This document shows positions 58,612-64,000 of a stretch of DNA of 64,000 nt, one piece after another. Where the stretch lies: the IMG/VR virus record IMGVR_UViG_3300020374_000001. The stretch is one strand, 5' to 3'. The position numbers were made by a program, and so were the translations under genes. Numbering within the stretch: position 1 is the first letter of the stretch; each line of letters starts with the position of its first letter. The notes below the pieces were generated by a model that was not told the DNA's origin, ran no database searches, and saw only the letters and a list, made by a program, of their open reading frames with translations. This stretch comes from a virus. Lineage: Duplodnaviria; Caudoviricetes.

Positions 58612-59841
58612 ATGGCCGAAACAGACAAAACACTTGTTGAAGCAGGAAAAGAAGTAATGGAAGCAACAGCTCCAGATGCTCCTAAAAAGAACGCTGTACC
58701 CGCTGAGCCTTCACCGTTAAAAAATGACGCTGAAGATTTAGGCGCAGCTGTAGTAAAACCTACAGACAGCAATCCTGACGCAACAAAAAAAGTTAAAGAA
58801 GTTTCTGGGCAAGCACCTCAAAAATCAGAAGGTGCTCCTGATCCAATGCCAAAAATGGATTCAAAACATCCAGGTAAAGCAATGGAAGCAAAAGAAACTG
58901 ACAAAGATTCGGAAGATAAAGAAATCAAAGAAGGCGAAATGCCTGCAGGTCTTAAAAAGTACCTTGACAAAAAAGACGATAAAAAAGAGTCTATGGACGA
59001 CAAGGAAAAAGAGAAAGTGAATGCTTCATATAAAAAAGAAGACGCAGACGCTGACAAGAAAAAAGAAGAACCTAAGGCAGAAGAAAAAGAAGAAAAGAAA
59101 GATATTGACGTAAAAGAACACGTTGATGCTCTTGTCGCTGGAGAAGATTCATTATCTGAAGAATTTAAAACTAAAGCTGCTACCGTATTTGAAGCTGCGA
59201 TTAAATCTAAAGTAAAAGAAATCGCTGAAGAAATGCAGGCAGATTACGACAAGAAATTAACCGAAGAAACTTCTAAATCTAAAGATGAGTTAGTAGAAAA
59301 AGTTGACTCTTACCTTGCTTACGTAGTGGAAGAGTGGATGAAAGAAAACGAACTTGCTTTAGAAAGAGGAATCAAAGGTGAAATCGCTGAGGACTTTATT
59401 AGTGGTCTTAAAAAATTATTTGAAGATCATTATATTGATGTTCCAGACGAAAAATACAATGTATTAGAAGATCAATCTTCTAAAATTGAGGAGTTAGAAA
59501 AGAAACTTAACGAATCAATTGAAAAGAATGTTGAATTAACTAAAGAGAATGGCGAACACAAAAGACAAGACATCATTGATGAGGCGTCTAAAGAGTTAGC
59601 TGATACTCAAAAAGAAAAATTCAATAAACTTGCCGAAGAAGTTGAATATTCAAACGAAGAAGATTTTAAAACTAAAGTAGCAACTATTAAAGAGAGTTAC
59701 TTTGGTAAAAAAGAATCAACTAGTGAGATAGATGATGTGGCGGCAGAGTCGAATGCTGAGCAACCTCAGGATTTAACTAATGCAATGGCTGCTTATAGTG
59801 CCGCTATAAGTAAAACAAAAGACATTAAGTTGTCTAACTAA
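58612..59841 (+). CDS. gp22: Prohead core scaffold gp22
   Basis: LSEEFKTKAATVFEAA, VDSYLAYVVEEWM; acidic coiled coil before gp23. Confidence 0.93.
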   Translation: MAETDKTLVEAGKEVMEATAPDAPKKNAVPAEPSPLKNDAEDLGAAVVKPTDSNPDATKKVKEVSGQAPQKSEGAPDPMPKMDSKHPGKAMEAKETDKDSEDKEIKEGEMPAGLKKYLDKKDDKKESMDDKEKEKVNASYKKEDADADKKKEEPKAEEKEEKKDIDVKEHVDALVAGEDSLSEEFKTKAATVFEAAIKSKVKEIAEEMQADYDKKLTEETSKSKDELVEKVDSYLAYVVEEWMKENELALERGIKGEIAEDFISGLKKLFEDHYIDVPDEKYNVLEDQSSKIEELEKKLNESIEKNVELTKENGEHKRQDIIDEASKELADTQKEKFNKLAEEVEYSNEEDFKTKVATIKESYFGKKESTSEIDDVAAESNAEQPQDLTNAMAAYSAAISKTKDIKLSN

Positions 59842-59858
59842 TAGGGAGATAAAAACAA

Positions 59859-61214
59859 ATGTATTTATCAGAACAATACGAAAAAAAATGGCAGCCTGTC
59901 CTAGAACACCCTGACTTACCAAAAGTTACGGATTCTTACAGACGAGCCGTTACAGCTACTATCTTGGAAAACCAAGAAAGAGCTATGAAAGAGGACGCTG
60001 GTTTCTTAAACGAAGCAGCTCCTACAAACTCTACTGGTTCTTCAGTAGCAAATTGGGATCCAATCCTAATTTCACTAGTTAGAAGAGCTATGCCAAATCT
60101 TATCGCATACGATATTGCTGGTGTTCAGCCAATGACTGGACCAACTGGTCTTATCTTTGCAATGAGAAGTAGATACACTTCACAAACAGGAAACGAAGCA
60201 TTATTTGATGAAGCAGATACAGACTTCTCTAGCAGAAACGCTGCTGGTGACTCAAGTCAAGGTGCTGATTCAGGTGCTACTCCTACAGATCATTCAGGAA
60301 CAAACCCAAGCGTATTAAATGACGCTGCTGCTGGTTCAACAGATTATAGTAGAGGTCAAGGTATGACAACTGCTGCTGCTGAAGCACTAGGGGATGCTAC
60401 TGGAAATCAGTTTGCTGAGATGGCTTTCTCAATTGAGAAATCTACGGTTACTGCTAGAAGCAGAGCGTTAAAGGCAGAATACACTATGGAACTTGCTCAA
60501 GACTTAAAAGCAATCCACGGTTTAGATGCTGAAACGGAATTGGCAAACATCTTATCTGCTGAAATCCTTGCGGAAATCAATAGAGAAGTTGTAAGAACAA
60601 TTTACATCAATGCAGAAAAAGGTGCTGCTGTTAACACAACTACAGCTGGTATCTTTGATTTAGACACAGACTCAAACGGAAGATGGTCAGTTGAGAGATT
60701 CAAAGGACTAATGTTCCAATTAGAGAGAGATGCTAATAGAATTGCACAAAGAACAAGAAGAGGAAAAGGTAATATGATTATCTGTTCTGCTGACGTTGCT
60801 AGTGCTCTTCAAATGGCTGGTGTTTTAGATTACACTCCTGCATTAAACAACAATCTATCTGTTGACGATACTGGTAATACTTTTGCTGGTACTCTAAACG
60901 GAAGATACAAAGTATATATTGATCCATACTCAGCTAATTCAGCTGCGAAACAATACTACGTTGTCGGTTACAAAGGTACTTCACCTTATGACGCTGGTAT
61001 TTTCTACTGCCCATATGTACCATTACAAATGGTAAGAGCAGTTGGACAAGATACTTTCCAACCAAAAATTGGTTTCAAAACTAGATACGGTTTAGTTGCG
61101 AACCCATTTGCTGAAACTGGTGCTCAATCAGGTGCTGCTACTGCTGTAAACCACTCTGGTTCTGCAAATAGTAACAGATACTACCAAAGAGTACAAGTTG
61201 CTAACATAATGTAA
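59859..61214 (+). CDS. gp23: Major capsid protein gp23
   Basis: LVRRAMPNLIAYD, GVQPMTGPTGLIFAMR, SRALKAEYTMELAQDLKAIHGLDAE, FQPKIGFKTRYG. Confidence 0.98.
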   Translation: MYLSEQYEKKWQPVLEHPDLPKVTDSYRRAVTATILENQERAMKEDAGFLNEAAPTNSTGSSVANWDPILISLVRRAMPNLIAYDIAGVQPMTGPTGLIFAMRSRYTSQTGNEALFDEADTDFSSRNAAGDSSQGADSGATPTDHSGTNPSVLNDAAAGSTDYSRGQGMTTAAAEALGDATGNQFAEMAFSIEKSTVTARSRALKAEYTMELAQDLKAIHGLDAETELANILSAEILAEINREVVRTIYINAEKGAAVNTTTAGIFDLDTDSNGRWSVERFKGLMFQLERDANRIAQRTRRGKGNMIICSADVASALQMAGVLDYTPALNNNLSVDDTGNTFAGTLNGRYKVYIDPYSANSAAKQYYVVGYKGTSPYDAGIFYCPYVPLQMVRAVGQDTFQPKIGFKTRYGLVANPFAETGAQSGAATAVNHSGSANSNRYYQRVQVANIM

Positions 61215-61245
61215 TATTGGTTGATCGTTGTTTGACGATTACTTT

Positions 61246-61278
61246 AAAGGGGCGGCCTCAAAACCGCCCCTTTTTTTT
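61246..61278 (+). terminator. Rho-independent terminator
   Basis: aaaggggcgg-cctcaaaa-ccgcccc followed by T8, after gp23. Confidence 0.92.
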
Positions 61279-61293
61279 GGCATAAATAAATGT

Positions 61294-61524
61294 ATGATTG
61301 AACAAATTAAGAAGATTGTTATTGGATTGATTGCAATATCTTTGTTTATAGGATGTTTAGCAATTACATTAAACCACTTAAACCCAAAACCCACACTAGA
61401 AGATAACATAAATCAGAAACTAGAAGAGGCAGAAAGCAATCCTCTTACTGATAAAGAGCGTGAATTAGCAACAGAATCACAGACAAAAGAGTGGGAAGAA
61501 GTAGATAAAGAAACAGATAAATAG
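61294..61524 (+). CDS. Small membrane-anchored hypothetical protein
   Basis: Start MIEQIKK after CATAAATA (61281-61288); one N-terminal hydrophobic helix, acidic tail. Confidence 0.65.
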   Translation: MIEQIKKIVIGLIAISLFIGCLAITLNHLNPKPTLEDNINQKLEEAESNPLTDKERELATESQTKEWEEVDKETDK

Positions 61525-61528
61525 TAGT

Positions 61529-62155
61529 ATGACTACTACAAACTCATATAGAAGGCAACCTACTAAACAGGATTATGCCGATCCTACAAAGTTTAAATTT
61601 AGTATAATTAAACTTCCTAAAGTAGAATATTTTTGTACACAGGTAAATCTACCTGGTATTAGTCTAGCAGATAACTATACACAACCTACACCATTTAGAA
61701 ACATACCTTTACCTGGTGAAAAACTACAATACGAACCTTTGTCTATGACATTTCTAGTAGATGAAAATTTAGAAAACTACCAAGAAATACACGGTTGGTT
61801 AAGAGGTTTAGGTTTTCCTGGTGGACACGAAGAATTTAAGAAACTATTAGATAGTGGGGCAGACAGGTTTCCTACATCTAAAAGTAGTGTATTGCCTGAC
61901 GCTGGAAGATCAAAGTTTGGCGCTCCTAATACTGGTGCTATATTTTCAGACGCAACACTAAACATTTTAACAAGTAAAAACAATCCTGTTACTGAAGTTA
62001 GATTTAGTGATTTGTTTCCTATATCACTATCTGCTTTACAATACAATCAACAAGCAACTGATACTGATTACCTAACAGCAACGGTAACCTTTGAATACAA
62101 ACTATACGATTTTGCGACATCAAACGCAAGTAGAACTACAATAACAACCTCATAA
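61529..62155 (+). CDS. gp3: Tail tube terminator/completion protein gp3
   Basis: PKVEYFC..NLPGISL, FLVDENLENY.EIHGW, SDATL; GATAAATA at 61516-61523. Confidence 0.88.
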   Translation: MTTTNSYRRQPTKQDYADPTKFKFSIIKLPKVEYFCTQVNLPGISLADNYTQPTPFRNIPLPGEKLQYEPLSMTFLVDENLENYQEIHGWLRGLGFPGGHEEFKKLLDSGADRFPTSKSSVLPDAGRSKFGAPNTGAIFSDATLNILTSKNNPVTEVRFSDLFPISLSALQYNQQATDTDYLTATVTFEYKLYDFATSNASRTTITTS

Positions 62156-62158
62156 ACA

Positions 62159-62187
62159 TTGACTTTTTAGTCGGTTTGTGTTATTAT
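62159..62187 (+). promoter_or_regulatory. Sigma70-type promoter TTGACT-N17-TATTAT with extended -10
   Basis: ttgact ttttagtcggtttgtgt tattat upstream of uvsY. Confidence 0.75.
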
Positions 62188-62196
62188 GGATATATT

Positions 62197-62625
62197 ATGG
62201 ATTTAGAACAATTACAAGAATTAGCAGACAAAGATTTAAAAATTAATGATACTGAATTAGATTTAGAATCATTAAAAACACCTCAACTACATAACAAATA
62301 TTTAAAACATTTAACAAAGTTTAAGTTGTTATTAACTAGAGCGCAAGACGATTTTACTAGAATAAAAAAAGATAAGTGGGAATACTATACTGGTAAGGCA
62401 GACCCAGCAGTATATCAATTAAAACCTTTTAACTTAAAAATATTAAAAGCAGATGTACAGCAATATATCGAATCAGATGAAGAATGGATCAAAGCGAATC
62501 AAAAAGTTAAATACTTGGAAACTATTGTAGATTTTTTAGATAGAACAATAAGACAAATTAGTAATAGAACATTTACTATTAAGAACGCCATTGACTGGAG
62601 AAAGTTTACTAGTGGCGCTATCTAA
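62197..62625 (+). CDS. uvsY: Recombination mediator UvsY
   Basis: ESLKTPQLHNKY, WEYYTGKA, IKNAIDWRKF; start MDLEQ. Confidence 0.92.
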   Translation: MDLEQLQELADKDLKINDTELDLESLKTPQLHNKYLKHLTKFKLLLTRAQDDFTRIKKDKWEYYTGKADPAVYQLKPFNLKILKADVQQYIESDEEWIKANQKVKYLETIVDFLDRTIRQISNRTFTIKNAIDWRKFTSGAI

Positions 62626-64000
62626 TGACAACCACACGATACCTCATCATAGATAAGAAGAACGAAGTCTATTTAAAGATAGAAGCGGACGCTGATATTC
62701 GTAGAGAATTAGGCGAATACTTTACCTTTGAAGTGCCTGGTTTTAAGTTTATGCCCCAATATAGAAATAGAGTTTGGGACGGTAAAATTAGATTATTCAG
62801 TTATGCAACTGGTCAAATATATGCAGGATTATATCCTTACATAGTAGATTGGTGTAATAAAAATGATATTCAAATAGTAGATGGAACTAAAATAAAAGAT
62901 GTTCCAATGAGTGCTGAAGATACAAATAGATTTCTAAAAGCATTAAAGATACCTAAATTACAAATAAGAGATTATCAAGCAGAAGCATTTGTACACGCAA
63001 TTAAAAAGAGTAGATGTTTATTGTTATCACCAACTGCCTCTGGTAAATCATTAATAGTTTATCTTATATTAATATACAATCTATTGAGATTAAAAGAAAA
63101 GAAACAAGATAAGATATTAATTATAGTACCTACAACATCTTTAGTAGAACAATTATATAAAGATTTTAAAGACTACGGTTATAATAGTGATCGTAATGTA
63201 CATAGAATATATCAAGGACACGATAAAGATACTAATAAAAGAGTAATAATATCTACTTGGCAGTCAATATATAACTTACCTAAAAAATGGTTTAAACAAT
63301 TCGGTATGGTTATTGGTGATGAGGCACATTTATTTAAAGCAGTTTCATTAACAAAGATAATGACAAAACTAGAAAATTGTAAGTATAGAGTAGGACTTAC
63401 AGGTACTTTAGATGGCACTAAAACACATAAACTTGTACTAGAAGGATTGTTTGGTACGGTAAATAAGGTAGTATCTACAAGTGAATTACAAGAAAAGAAA
63501 CAACTTGCTAATCTAAAAATTTTCTGTTTAATTTTACAACACGATAAACACGCAAGAGATTTTATGTTTGGTAAAACTTACCAAGAAGAAATGGATTATT
63601 TGGTTAAGAATGAAAAGAGAAACAAGTATATACGTAATTTAGTTTCATCTTTACAAGGTAATACTTTAGTTTTGTTTCAGTACGTGGAAAAGCACGGTAT
63701 GGAATTAAAGAAACTAATAGAAGAAAAGAATCCTGATAAAAAAGTATTCTTTGTATATGGTGGTGTAGAAGCGGAAGAAAGAGAAAAGATTAGATTTATA
63801 ACTGAAAAATCTGATGGTGCTATCATAGTTGCTAGTTATGGTACTTTTTCAACAGGTATTAATATCAGAAACTTACATAACATAGTTTTTGCAAGTCCTA
63901 GTAAAAGTAGAATAAGAAATTTACAATCTATTGGTCGTGGTTTAAGATTAAAAGATAATGATTCTAATGCTACTTTATATGATATATCAGATGATTTAAC
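62625..64000 (+). CDS. uvsW: SF2 DNA helicase UvsW (runs off the window end)
   Basis: Read from DNA: WDGKIRLF, RDYQ, SPTASGKS, DEAH, GLTGT, QSIGRGLR; absent from the ORF track because it has no stop in the window. Confidence 0.95.
   Translation, partial: MTTTRYLIIDKKNEVYLKIEADADIRRELGEYFTFEVPGFKFMPQYRNRVWDGKIRLFSYATGQIYAGLYPYIVDWCNKNDIQIVDGTKIKDVPMSAEDTNRFLKALKIPKLQIRDYQAEAFVHAIKKSRCLLLSPTASGKSLIVYLILIYNLLRLKEKKQDKILIIVPTTSLVEQLYKDFKDYGYNSDRNVHRIYQGHDKDTNKRVIISTWQSIYNLPKKWFKQFGMVIGDEAHLFKAVSLTKIMTKLENCKYRVGLTGTLDGTKTHKLVLEGLFGTVNKVVSTSELQEKKQLANLKIFCLILQHDKHARDFMFGKTYQEEMDYLVKNEKRNKYIRNLVSSLQGNTLVLFQYVEKHGMELKKLIEEKNPDKKVFFVYGGVEAEEREKIRFITEKSDGAIIVASYGTFSTGINIRNLHNIVFASPSKSRIRNLQSIGRGLRLKDNDSNATLYDISDDL

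Noticed and set aside
2018-63418. Many short ORFs antisense to, or out of frame within, long genes (e.g. 4621-4824, 6693-6986, 19587-19919, 30638-30994, 40454-40867, 54142-54591, 63212-63418)
   Set aside because: Shadow ORFs nested in well-supported genes, with no RBS/promoter or recognisable motifs
1-64000. tRNA genes, introns, inteins, homing endonucleases
   Set aside because: Intergenic gaps are short with no cloverleaf seen; gp17, gp20, gp23 and uvsW have normal uninterrupted lengths

Overview
A 64-kb, very AT-rich segment of a large T4-like myovirus genome. Gene content (hemO-pcyX, VrlC-like structural protein, glycosylation island) and an alphaproteobacterial-type LexA box point to a marine pelagimyophage-like phage of SAR11 or a related alphaproteobacterium; this is inference, no database search was run. 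Left to right: small early genes (- strand); PAAR/gp25/gp6/gp7/gp9-10-like/gp8 baseplate genes and a 2031-aa structural protein; a ~14.7-kb accessory island (17.9-32.6 kb), mostly - strand, with two operons behind sigma70-type promoters (glycosyltransferases, carbamoyltransferase, aminotransferase, 2 radical SAM, 2 nitroreductase-like, 3 Fe(II)/2OG oxygenases, methyltransferase); a tail-fibre cluster; hemO + bilin reductase; gp13-gp23, gp3, uvsY and a truncated uvsW. Most notable: (1) apparently near-total avoidance of ACWGT and CATG, enforced by context-dependent codon choice; (2) an intact amicyanin-type blue-copper ligand set on a baseplate/fibre protein, plus a ligand-less paralogous domain; (3) a carbamoyl-aminosugar tailoring operon and an oxygenase/radical-SAM operon of unknown product; (4) a face-to-face sigma70/late promoter pair; (5) a missed 56-aa Cys/His-rich ORF. 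No tRNA, rRNA, CRISPR array, integrase or transposase was recognised.
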